Assembly (NCBI GenBank): GCA_012295275.1
Contig: CM022665.1
Span: 38,130,001 to 38,194,000 of the forward strand
DNA: 64,000 nucleotides
Direction of reading: 5' to 3'
DNA from: Chrysomallon squamiferum
Lineage: Eukaryota; Animalia; Mollusca
The notes under the pieces were generated by a model. The model saw nothing but the letters and a program-made list of their open reading frames with translations. It did no database searches and had not been told where the DNA came from. The position numbers and the translations under genes were made by a program. The first letter of the stretch is position 1, and each line of letters opens with the position of its first letter. Positions 46,539 through 58,424 of the stretch are shown piece by piece.

Positions 46539-49500
46539 TATTATAGTTCTTTATGCAGAAAAATGAAGAAGATATTAAGAATGGGGGAAACAGGATTGAG
46601 AAAGGGTAAAAGGGAAAGACAAAGACTGGGATAAATATATTCTTACAATGAGATACGCACAATATTTTCTGTCTGAAAGATTTAGGAAGAAAAAATAGAT
46701 GACGAAAGAGAAGGGAATTCAAAAATTAAATAATTGATGCAGAAAGATTTAGAAGATAAGTGACGACAAAAAATAATAAAATAATAATAAATAAATAAAT
46801 ATGAGATACAAAAAGGAAAGTACAGAAGCAGTGATAAATCTGGAAGTAATGACCAACAGCAGTGGAATCAGAGACACTTTCTTTCTTCTTTTTTTTAAAC
46901 AAATCTTTTGTACCCCAGTAACCTCTGCTTTTCCTTCCATTAACAACCATTGTGACCAATGACAGCTATAAAACAGACAACTGGACATTACTAGTGGGTT
47001 TAGCCCAAACCATCATTAGCTCCACAGGGCTTCTCTTTCATGTGTGAAGCCTCGCAACACACCTTTTACCAATCTTCATAAACCACAAACTGGTTTGAAA
47101 GTTTCCTTGATGATCAGGGGGTCGATTAAAAGGTTATTACAGGACATTGTGACACCTGCAAATGTTGTGAATCAGCAGGCTGGAGGAAATTTTATTTCAC
47201 GACTGAAATAAAAATTCAAAAGATGACAGTTGGATGTCAGCATGTTTCACCAGGCAACATTGTCATCTTGGGAGGTACTCTGTTAAAATATACTGAAATT
47301 AAGACCCTTTTTTTTAACAAAAAAAAAAATTTCTTGAGTTGTAAAATTTAATTTCACATTAGAGGAAATTATACAGTTTTTAAAAAAAAAAAAAAATATT
47401 TCTGGGAATTTAATTAAATTGGGTAATGTAAGTGTTAAAGATTCATTTAAAAAAAAAAAAAAAAAAAAAAAAAGATTATAGTAAAATTTTGCTTTCTGTA
47501 TTCGTCATTATTTAAACAAAAAGTCTGTCTCCTGGAAATAAGCCATGAATATGAATTAGCTGTTAACCAAAAATAAGAAAAATAGATAGATGCAAGTAGA
47601 TGGGTTTCTGAAGAAAAAAGTTACAAATTAATTAATAACAAAATCAGCTATAAATTAATTAATAAAAATATCCATTGCAAATTAACAAATAAAAAAAATT
47701 AGCAAATAAAATAAATATAAAAGTCATTAATATAATAATATACAAATTTGTATAAATTAACAACCTTGAGTAACAGTTTAATACAGATTTAAGTAAATAT
47801 TCATTTATCATTTAGCTGTAAATAACAAACATATATGTTTTATTGTCTTATGTTTGTAACAGTTCACAAGCTTCACAGAGAACAGAAATGACACCTGATG
47901 TAATCAGCACTATATCTGAATTGTTGTTTGATCAGTAGTATATCTTGGGGCATATGTGACAGATAAGCTATGTATAAGTAAGACTCTGGAAATGCTAATT
48001 GTTACAGGGATTAGGCACAAGTTCAGATACAGAAGACTTCCCACAAAGGGCCACGACTGCTGTGTGATTTTTACCAGTTCATTAGTACAATCTTAATTTC
48101 AGGGTTGGGGGGTTTTTGGGGGGGTTTTTTTTTGGAGTTTTTTGTTTGTTTTTTCCATTTAAACATTAGATGGATTTGTTAATCTAGCTTAAAAGAAGCA
48201 TTTAACTTACCTTTTTCTTCTTCTTATCTGAAAATAATTAGTGTGGTTTAGTGTGCTTGCGTGTGGCCAATATTTATAATTTATAACATTATGCAATATG
48301 GATTTTTGGACAACTTGTAATTTTCATATGTTGTATTTATTTGCATTAACAATATCCAGTATGGAATGATACTTATAACCCATTCATGCACTGTAATGAT
48401 ATACTTTCATTAACATTATACAGTACAGACTGACACCTCTAGTCATTTTACAATTATTAAATTAATTCATAAAATTTTCCATTTATGCTATTCTTCTCAA
48501 TTATTTGATCATTATTAATAACCAAACTGTCAGTACTTAAAAAAGACGAAGAAGAAAGAAAAAGAAAGAGAGAAGAAATAGACTAAGGTGATTCAAAAAC
48601 TAATCAAAAGTGCAAGCAGCAACTAGTTGGGATAGGTGTTGGAGGTATTCATCACAGGTGGTCAGTGAGGTCAGATTATTTTAAGTGGTGAGAGAGAAAG
48701 AAAACAAAACAAAAACCGCCTAAATAAAAAGTACTAAATATGTCTTCACACATACTGAGAGACAGCTCACATATTATTTCAATCCTGAATGTGACCAGTG
48801 ATGTGAATGTGATTAGTCACTAGGAAAACACGGGATTTACACCTTGTATTGGTTCTCAGGACCTCCATTGAAAACTCCGATTTAAGCTCATAAAATGTGC
48901 ATATGACCGTAAAGTGCCCTTCGGCTATTTCCATATATTGAAGTAAGAAAAAAAAAAAAGAGGTTCAGTTAATCAACAGTAGCTGTTCTCTGCACCATTA
49001 AACGTAACTAATAGCTGGCAACAGAACTTAGTGTTACAAATTGTTATCTAACCCTCATACCACATGTAGTGGTATATTATATAGAATATATCAAATACCG
49101 GCCAGTAGTATGGGTTTTTAAAAAGGTGTCATTCTGTATTTAGGGACTCTTAGCTGTGCAAACAGTGGAGAGATTGTGTCACTGGTTTGATAGTTGTCTG
49201 CCATGTGTCACTGAATGCTGGTTACCACTTTTCACTTCTTGTGTTGGTTTTACGTGAGATGTCCTAACAAAATGGTTTTGATCTCTGTGTACACTTTCAA
49301 AGTCTTTTTTTTTTTCTTTTTTTTTTTTACTTTGATGTAGTTGTTGTTTTACTCTGGTCATTTTTTTCAATGTGGTGAGAGTTTCCTTAATGACATTTAA
49401 AAAAAAAAAAAAAAAAAAAAAAGTAAAATTCCCTTATGTTATTTAGTTCCTTTGAATTCTGTTTTTTATTTTTTTACTTTGAAAATATCTTGTTTTCTTT

Positions 49501-52500
49501 GCCTTTTTAAATGTATTAAAATAAATTCTTTGCATTAGCGATTCCAAACTGTTCTTGATAATTAATGGGTTAGAAACTACTTTCAAAACTTAATAATAAT
49601 ATAGTAGCACCATATGTGAAAATGACAGTCATAGCAGTGATGGTATTTATAAAATACGTAACAGAAGTCATTTAAAATGTTCAACCTCTCCGCTCTCGTT
49701 GTCAATATATATTCACATTCATTTGTTCTTTTTTTAATCCCTGCCACTCATATATTAAGAAAAACAACAAAATAAAGAAGGTAAAAAGCCCACTTCTTTT
49801 CGCATTCAAGGAACAGCCAGGCATAACTCATACTATCTTTGACAGATATATTGACCAAAGAAAAGACTTTCAACACAATACAGCAGATGAAGTTGGATAC
49901 TGCTTACAGCAGACGTTACCCCTTCCAGCAGACGCAACAGATCTCTGACTCACAGCCTCATTTGTGTTTTTGTTGTTTTCTTTTTTCTCTCAGTCTCCAT
50001 GAAAAAAAAAAAAAAAAAAAACCTGAACAAAAAACAGATTAGAATATTTGATTCTTTCTTTTTCTTTTTCATTTTTCTTCTCCTGAGTGATGAATTGTAA
50101 ATGACTAACTCAGCGATTGTCATTGCTGCACAAAGCTCGAGTTCTGCCTGCCTGACTCTTCTCTTCCTCGCAAGTCAAAGGCCCATTGAGGCCTTTTGAT
50201 CTCATCAAAGAGAACATAACACAGGCCTTTGTTGTGAGCCACAAAATCACCTGTCGCTTTTAGATTCTGGGTGGTGCTACAAAATCGATTCATGATGGCA
50301 TTTGAAAAGAATAAAAAATAATAATAAGTAAAAAGAAAAAGAAAATTGTCCATATCAAAACAACACGTGGTGGTCACTTGGTACATACAGTGTGTATTGC
50401 ATGGGTGGCCAGTGAAATGAAGCCACTGCTTTTACTTCAGCAAGAAAGCTGATCAGCGCTGTGTTTGTTCCAGCGATATTAAATTAATGTTTATACAGTA
50501 TTATCTTTCGCATAATATCAACCCTGTCAGAAAGACACCTCAGTTATTTTTTCTGATAAGAGGATTTTTGTATAGCAGCCTCAGTGATACAAGATGGTAG
50601 CAACTGCTATTTCCGTTTTCTCACTTTCTCGCACCATCACTAGCGATGTGTGGTAAACCACAGCTATTTTAATAGTTTCTCATAACATAATTTTATCTTT
50701 ATCACACAGTAACAATTAATATTTTTTCATTTTTTTTTTTTTTTTTTTTTTTTCCTTGATTGTAACAGTGATGATCTGTTTTCTTAATTTCATCACAGTT
50801 TATCTTCCACACAAGTGTGGCAAATGCCAGGCATTTTAATAATTTTACAAAACTTTTCTCTGTTTTTTTTCACTTTCTCACCTGGTAGGAGTTATCATGT
50901 TTCTTCTCATCACATCACCAACATTACATCTTTAGCAGTGTGGCAAACCAGACGTTTTAATAGTTTCTCGTAACGTTGAAACCTATCCAAGCAGGATGAG
51001 AGATAAGTGTACAATGGACATTTTTCCAGAGTTACTCACCGACCTGGTTCTCCTCTTCATTTATTTGGTGACTAACAAACAACCAGTATTTGTTGACACA
51101 AAATGACAGAATAAAAATGTTTATATCCATTCATTCTCCACCCAGAAGATGTATAAAAAAATCGCTGTTTGATTAATCTAAGTTAATACTCTATGATGTA
51201 TTGGAAAATTTACAATGATCTGTGCACAATGAATAATTGGATGGATGGATGGATGGATGGGTAGATGGGTGCACGGTTCAGTGAATAGATGCATGGATGA
51301 AAATGGATGGAAAAGAAACAAATGTTATCTAATGCTAAGACGCACTCATAAAATAAATATAAAATGACTGAATTAAAATAAACTTGGGTCATGTTAGATT
51401 AACACTTCAAGCATTATTCAAAAGCAAATGACACATTTTAGTCTTCATAAGAGGATTATATAGAGCCTATTGAAAACAGGAGAAGAGATAGGAATCCTGT
51501 GTTAAGCTTGAAAGTATGTTACAAGTTAAAAGAAGATTTTGAAAGTTGAAAATTCCATTCATTTCTGCATCTGAATTTATATACATCCATCAAGATATAT
51601 TTTTATATATCCCAGTTTGTGATTCAAAAACATCCTTATCGCACTTGTATGTAAAAATATGTTCGCTTGTACAACCACACCTATCAGTAGATAAAAAAGT
51701 GCCAGGATGGTAATAAACAAACAAAATTTATTACAGCTTGGTTATATTTAGTATGTACTTTTAAAGTGTTCCTTTTACAGGGTCCTTACAAATAGCCTGT
51801 ATAAATTTGGTAAACTTCCAAGTTGTTTTTTTGTTAGTTTCTGGTAAACAGTCTTTGCTGTGTACAAAATGATGTCACAGTAGTAAAAAGGGAAAATGTC
51901 ATCTTGACAGACATGTTTATTTTTAGTCACACTTTATTTTTAACAAAGGTTGACTTGACGAATTAAAATAATCAAGTGGAAGAATGTGAAATGTATTTTG
52001 AGATCTTTATATCATTCTAACAAACATTGTAAGTAGGTATTATCATTCAAATAGATCTTTTAACTTTTATAAATATTGCTGAATTATAAATTATATGTGT
52101 GTATGTGTGTGTGTAAAATCAGGTTTTAACTTATTTATCTGACTCTGGTAGTCAATCATCTTTTTATACTGGGATGTTGTTAAATAATATTCTATCTGTT
52201 CATTTAGTTATTTATAATAAATAAAAATAAAAAGTTTTATCTTTTAAGGACATCAAAAACTTCTGTATGAGTGTGGGGAAAAAACAACAAAAAAAATGCA
52301 AACATGGAAAATACCAGCTAAACAGAACAACTAGGAAATTCTTAACTGCCCTTTGATAATTTTTATGAATAATAAAAGAGACACTTTTACCGTCCACACA
52401 TACATATGCATGACAAAGATATTTTTAGTTATGTTCACACATAAAAGAGATGGCATTATTAACATAGCTAAACACTATTAACTTTACATGAAAGACAATG

Positions 52501-54284
52501 CATAAAATACATAATTAGCAGTGTTAGTTTTATACGGATCAAAGAATCACTGGTTTTAAAATTGCCAGCTATAAATTTATATGTGAATGTGACTCTGTGG
52601 AATGTGCCAGGTATTTGCAAACAACTTTTTGCAGGTTACAAAGGGTTAAATGTCACTCTGACACAACTGATAATGTTTGAGAAGTTTAAAAAGGCAATTT
52701 AGATAGTTGAGTTGTATCGAATAAAAATTCCTACAGATTTGACTTGCTGAGAGGGCATCTGTTTACCTGCTGTTTTATTGATTTTGTGTGGTGTTGTTGT
52801 TGTTGTTTTTTTAGTGTGTGTGTGTGCGTGGGTTTTTTTTTGAAGGTATGTTTATTTAATGCATTTTTATGTGTGTATATGCATGTAAGAGATAATGAAA
52901 GGGAAAAAATATGCATATATCATGTGTATTTATTTGTAAATACGAATAACGACCACTGTATGTGGCTTGGTGGCTGTATGTAGAATAAGGATATAAAGAA
53001 TGTGGTGTGTGTCATATTGTTATGGTAATATGAACCACTGCTATTACTGTCTTCACAGTTAAATTATAAAGCAATGTGATTCCAGATTTATTTATAATTT
53101 GACTCCTGTATAATTACTTGTCTGTGTGATTGAAAGACCTCACAAACACATACATGTTTAGTGTTGTTACAGTTTATCTGTAATTTAGCCCATTATTCTG
53201 TTACAAGTTCAAATAGCTTGATGACCTTGTTCACACAGGGATACATGTATGTATGTATGGCATGTACACATGTAGTCAAAGAATTTCTGGCTTCCACTGA
53301 GCCTTTTGTATATTAATTTGTTTGTGTTAAACATTGTTCTGGTGTTGTTGTTTTTTATCTCAGCCCAGTTTATTTTGGCTACAGTTCATTATCATCTTTT
53401 TTATTATTTTTCTTTTCTTTTATTTGTTTTCTGTTTCTTTTTATTATTGTTATTGTTATTTTATTTTTTTTATTTGAATAACTTATAGAGTGTGTTTTGT
53501 TTTGTATCTTTTTTTTTTTTCCTTTTTATTATTTTTTTTTTTTTTTTATATATATATATATATATATAATTTTTTTGTTTTAATCTAAATATTTTGGGAT
53601 TTATAACAATTTTTTTTTTTTTTTTTTTATTACTTTTTTATATAATGTTTTATATAATATTTTATTCTATTTTTATTTATATCTATTCTTTCATAATGTA
53701 AATTCTAAATGAATTTTGAGACTAATTTAAAATAGTAATAATAATAAACATAATAGTGTTTTAATTCTATTTTTATTTTTTTCCAGGATGACTTTGACAG
53801 TCTGAGACCGCTGTGCTACCCCAACACCGATGTCTTTCTTCTGTGTTACAGTGTCGTTTCGCCAACATCATTTCGTAACATTCTAGAAAAGTGGGTTCCT
53901 GAGGTTCGGAAACATTGCCCCAAAGCCCCATTGATTCTTGTTGGCACCCAGTGTGATCTTCGAAATGATGTCAAAGTTCTCATAGAGCTGGCTCGCTATG
54001 ACGAGGTCCCTGTTCCCGAGAGCGAAGCCAAACACCTTGCAGATAGCATCGGTGCTGTGCAATATATTGAGTGCTCGGCACTCACGCAGAAAAACTTGAA
54101 AGAAGTGTTTGATGCATCGATTCTGGCAGCCTTGAACATCAGCCCAGCTTTTAAACGTGTGAAAAGTGCCCGCAAGTCAAAGCGGAACAAAAACTTGGAA
54201 GTGCATACCCAGTCTGTACAGAGTAATACATCCACAAGTGCCAAGAAAAAAGTGGGATGGAAAAAGTTCTGCTGTTTCATGTGA
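31527..54284 (+). CDS. RHOU: Rho-related GTP-binding protein RhoU/RhoV-like (Wrch-1/Chp family), 247 aa, 3 coding exons
   Basis: Exons 31527-31713, 34878-34936, 53787-54284 (744 nt). [78 protein letters not shown]-terminus WKKFCCFM; the NGYP Tyr, TQxD and CCFx are RhoU/V-family hallmarks. Confidence 0.96.
32354..32527 (-). mobile_element. Degenerate SINE-like dispersed repeat
   Basis: aacagcaagggttctttt..ccatcccatggacaggaaaaca; shares the exact 18-mer agagaattgatcctgtgt with 60650-60667. Confidence 0.6.
34878..34936 (+). CDS. RHOU: RhoU exon 2
   Basis: [20 protein letters not shown]; ttttcag acceptor, cag|gtaaga donor. Confidence 0.95.
40812..40912 (-). mobile_element. Degenerate SINE-like repeat fragment, same family
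   Basis: agcaataagggatctttt..ttcccagagaaaggaaaata..tttgataaac. Confidence 0.55.
42900..43310. repeat. Old degenerate minisatellite, about 72-bp period
   Basis: Anchor gtattt(t/c)c..gaca at 42923, 42999, 43068, 43143, 43210, 43282. Confidence 0.6.
44667..44746. repeat. (GA)n followed by (GC)n microsatellite
   Basis: Direct reading. Confidence 0.92.
46187..46305 (-). mobile_element. Degenerate SINE-like repeat fragment, same family
   Basis: ttcccatgaacaggaaaacacatactaaagcatttgataattcagttgt..tactggttggaatgggaga. Confidence 0.55.
53787..54284 (+). CDS. RHOU: RhoU exon 3 (coding part)
   Basis: [29 protein letters not shown]...KKFCCFM*. Confidence 0.96.
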   Translation, partial: DDFDSLRPLCYPNTDVFLLCYSVVSPTSFRNILEKWVPEVRKHCPKAPLILVGTQCDLRNDVKVLIELARYDEVPVPESEAKHLADSIGAVQYIECSALTQKNLKEVFDASILAALNISPAFKRVKSARKSKRNKNLEVHTQSVQSNTSTSAKKKVGWKKFCCFM

Positions 54285-55904
54285 TATATAAAAATATATA
54301 TATATAAAAACGTATTAAAAGTAAATAAATGAAATTATATATAAGATTTTAAAATATAATTATATATATATATATTACTAAGACCTTGTTAACCTATGCA
54401 AGACACATCAACAGTGAGAGAGAAAAAACCAGAAATGTCCGTTTTAGAACAAACACTGGTTAATTTTCAACTTGTCTTCCAGAGTCATTTGCTGTATCTC
54501 CACCACACTCCCATCCCACATCCCATTTTTCTAAAACATCAGAATGGCACCTATAATAATTTGTTATTGTAAAAAGAACTTGATGCAATAATTATGTTGT
54601 ATGCATGTCTTGTATAGGTTTTATGTTACACTTTAAGCATGGACGTTGTGTATGTAAAGATTGTAGAACTCTTTAATAACAGTTGCTGATGTATGGATGA
54701 TTGGGTTTTTTAACAAGAAACTGTTTGAAACAGAATTTTAAAGTTGCTCAACAATTGGATGGTTATAACCCATAGTTGCTGATATATATACATACAAACA
54801 AAACAACAACAAAAAATCCTTGAAGGATTTTATTCTGCAAATTGAACAACTATGATGCTGGCAGAAATGACAGATGATAGCTCATTTTTTTCTTAAATGT
54901 TGCTTGAAGTTTTGTCAGCATATTTTTAAAAATATTTTTAAATCACTGAGAACCAGATAATTTATATTGCGTAATTTAAAAAAAAAATAATTTGAAATGA
55001 TATTTTCCCATCTGTACACAAAATTCCAGTTTTGTAAAAAAAATTAAAGGGAAAATAGGTTGTCATGATAACAGTGGCCAGATGTCTCAAAAGTTTTTGT
55101 ATCATAAAACTGCTGGCACTGTTGTCTTGAACTTTGTTATGTTTTGTTATTTTTTTAATTTAATAACATTATTTTCTTCTCTTTTTTTTCCCCCATTGTT
55201 GCTTCAAAGCTTGTGTGATTCCTGAAGGTAAAAATAAAAAAATAAAAAAAATAAAAAATTGAAAATGAGGGTTGGGCTTCATGCAAAGTATGCTAAATTT
55301 TGAACCATGTTGAAATTTGTTGCAGTTTTAGAAATTTATTTAATTTCTTTATTATTTTTTTTTTTCTTCTTTAAAATTATTATTAGTAAAAAGATATATA
55401 TATTTATTATTGTTTCTGCATATTTGTACATATAATACAATAAGTTCTGTGTGGTTGTTGCCTTAATGCAAATATAAATTTACAAATAGCTGTTTGATAG
55501 AATACCACTGTACCAGATATTTCAACATCATTGTGTATATATGTATTTTCTTTTTGTTTAAGCAGAAATATTATGAATTTAAAATAATAATAATAATAAT
55601 AATCATGAATAGCTAGGCTTGGCCAATTTAAAGCACACTGTTTTATTAAACATAAATCAAATGATTTTTTTTTTTTTTTTTTAAATAAAACTGTCAGACT
55701 GTGATTAGTTTAGGCTCATATAACTTTCAATTGTCATTTAGCTCAATTTTCAGTACCTTTTGTTGTTTGTTTGTTTTTCTTTTTTTTAATTATTTTTTCT
55801 TATTTTATATTATTATTACTTTTTTAAAATCCATTTTTAAATAACCTTATTTATTGAATTTACAATTTTAATAATATTTGTACTGTTTGAAATGAAATGC
55901 AGTT

Positions 55905-56238
55905 ACACCACTACGACATCAACCGCCATTTACAAAAATATTTATAACAATATCCCACCAATCTCTGTTTACAAAAATACAAATATCCTATCAAATTCCA
56001 TTTACAAAAATGACTTGTCCCAATACACTTCCAGTCTCCATTTACACAAATACTTCTACCAATACACAACCAGTCCCCATTTACATAAAGTCTTACCCCA
56101 ATACACTACCGGTCCCCATTTACACAAATACTTGTACTAGTACACTACCAGTCCTCATTTACATAAATCCTTTTACCAATACACTACCGGTCCTCATTTA
56201 CATAAATACTTGTACCAATACACTACCAATCCCCAATA
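55905..56238. repeat. 39-bp minisatellite (about 5.5 well-conserved plus 3 degenerate units) in the probable RhoU 3'UTR
   Basis: Unit ccaatacactaccggtccccatttacacaaatacttgta; explains the 13-aa periodic ORFs in the track. Confidence 0.9.
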
Positions 56239-56562
56239 CTGAAATATATGCACCTAAACCACATCAATATCCATTTATGTAACACAGATAAATATGCTAT
56301 TTAAAGTTGATGTGTTGTTTTTGCTGAACACAGTAACTTAGTCCAGGACAGACACACTTGGAGCTGAAGCCATACCCTACTTTTTGTTTTTAAATTTGAT
56401 GTTTTTATTATTTTGAATAAATCAAATTCTTAACTTCTGAAATCTCAGAAGATCATTTTGATTAGAAATGTATGATAAAATGTGCTTTAGCACAAATGTT
56501 TTAATGTTAATGGCAAAGCAAAAAAAAATGCAGGAACAATAAGCAATTTGAATAATTTGATG

Positions 56563-56610
56563 AATAAACTTTTATATAAAAATGTTCTTTTTCGTTCTTG
56601 TTGTTCTTAA
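56563..56610 (+). other. Candidate RhoU polyadenylation signal
   Basis: AATAAA 56563-56568 followed about 15-40 nt later by GT/T-rich tgttctttttcgttcttgttgtt. Confidence 0.45.
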
Positions 56611-56626
56611 AGAAATGTTGGTTCAT

Positions 56627-56629
<3 letters not shown>

Positions 56630-56683
<54 letters not shown>

Positions 56684-56703
56684 ACTCACTCACTCACTCA
56701 CTC
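56630..56703. repeat. (CT)n then (CACT)n microsatellite
   Basis: Direct reading. Confidence 0.92.
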
Positions 56704-57892
56704 CAGGAGATCACCACAACCTCAAAGAAAATCATTTTACAAATAATTAATATTCATAAATTTATGAAATTGGAAGTTACCTGACAATAAACATCAGAGA
56801 TTTCCCTGAAGCATTGATTAGGAACTTTTTACGGTGCAGAAATGTAATTAAAATAATACAGTGAACCCAGCATCCTTGTATTGAGCCACTGGCCTTCAGC
56901 AAATTATTTTGTTAGCCTAAACTTACAAAATGGCAGTCTGATATTGGTTTATTTAATATTCTAAGAGAAAATAGAAAATGTTGTGTTTGTAATCTTGACA
57001 GAATTGGAGATGAATATCATTATATATTTAAATGTAATGATCCTATATTATTAAATGCAAGAAAAGGTATACCAGATACAAGATAAAAATGTTAGGTTTG
57101 TTAATAAGAACTATATGTGACAGAGTATGTCCTTCACATCAAATTTCCTAATGTATGTGTTTTAATTTTGTTATTATATATCTGTAATACATTCTGTGTA
57201 CTGTAATCCTACAGTTTATGCGACTAAAGTCATTGTCCTTGTCATTATTCAACCATTAGCCTTCAGATGAATAAATACTGTTAGCAGATCCATTATAACT
57301 AGAGTGGTGTAGAACCACATCATACGTTCTTGACCACTGATAATAATATGATGGGTAATCCTGAATTATAGCCAACAAATATATGCTTGAACCTTCAGTA
57401 ATTAAAGCATATTATAACTATAGATCTTAAAACTTAAGGAAAACAGAAATGTAAATCCACATTAATGTGTAATGGGTGTATTTTGTCATATTTTACATAA
57501 GACAGAAAAGAATAAACATTTTGCTGAGAAAGAGCTGCCAGAAGAAAAAAGTGTTTCAGAAAGTATTTTAGAAAGTATTTTTAATAAAGCAGAAGATAAT
57601 GAAGCCAAACTGATTTTCTTCATCAGTAGATAACAAGTCAGCCTTTGTAATCATATACCAGCAATGTTATTAGTGGTTTAGCTATGATATTTTTGTGACC
57701 TAACAAAATCAAGGTTTGTCATTGTGAATATGCAGAAATGATCTATTAAGTGATGTGACTGTCATCTTGTTGTAATTCTGCAAAGATTGATCAGTTGGAT
57801 GTATTCATATACAAGATTTGTTTGTTATATGTTAATATCACCAAAACGTATATTTTACAATGATTTCTCTTGTATTATAAATTTTATATATA

Positions 57893-58118
57893 CAGGGAGG
57901 TGCAAAAGTAGGTATACAGTCATGAAAAAAGAAAACACTTACAGTACTCATTCATTTATTATTCAAACAAAAAAGCTAATATAAAAATACATTTTTATTA
58001 ATTTAAATAAAATATGGTTAATGACATTCAAAATAAGAAAAATGAGTCCAGCTAATTTAATGTGCTACTAAATTCACTGATCTGATACTACTGTATACCT
58101 ATTTTTACACACACCCCG
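57893..58118. mobile_element. Tc1/mariner-type MITE, 226 bp
   Basis: Left end TA|cagggaggtgcaaaagtaggtatacagt; right end reverse-complement TA|cggggtgtgtgtaaaaataggtatacagt; TA on both flanks; AT-rich non-coding interior. Confidence 0.75.
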
Positions 58119-58261
58119 TATATATATATATATAAAATCCAACAACACAAAACAAAACCCTCCAAAAAAAATTAATAAATAAATCATTCCCTTAACAAAC
58201 AAAATAATAATAATAATAAATGGAAGATAAATTTGTTTTATGAAATGATCACATTTTTTTC

Positions 58262-58424
58262 CAGTCTTTGGGAAGGTGTATGTTCTGCTAATTCAAAAAG
58301 AGTGCCCTATTGCATGATAGTGAACATTTCCCCTCTCGTTATCAGCATATTCTTTAACCATTGTATGACACAGTAAAACCATATTAAAAGTATTAAGTGT
58401 ATCATTAAATAAAACATTTCTCTT
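58262..58424 (+). mobile_element. SINE-like repeat, putative 3' half, opposite orientation to the other copies
   Basis: Begins gtctttgggaa (reverse complement of the ttccca..gac core), ends ttaaataaaacatttctcttt; family assignment partly from recollection of gastropod SINEs. Confidence 0.45.

Noticed and set aside
53996-54280. 94-aa minus-strand ORF
   Set aside because: Antisense shadow of RhoU exon 3; no independent signal.
55892-56282. Periodic ORFs (TNTLPVPIY repeats)
   Set aside because: By-product of a 39-bp (multiple of 3) minisatellite; no splice or homology support.
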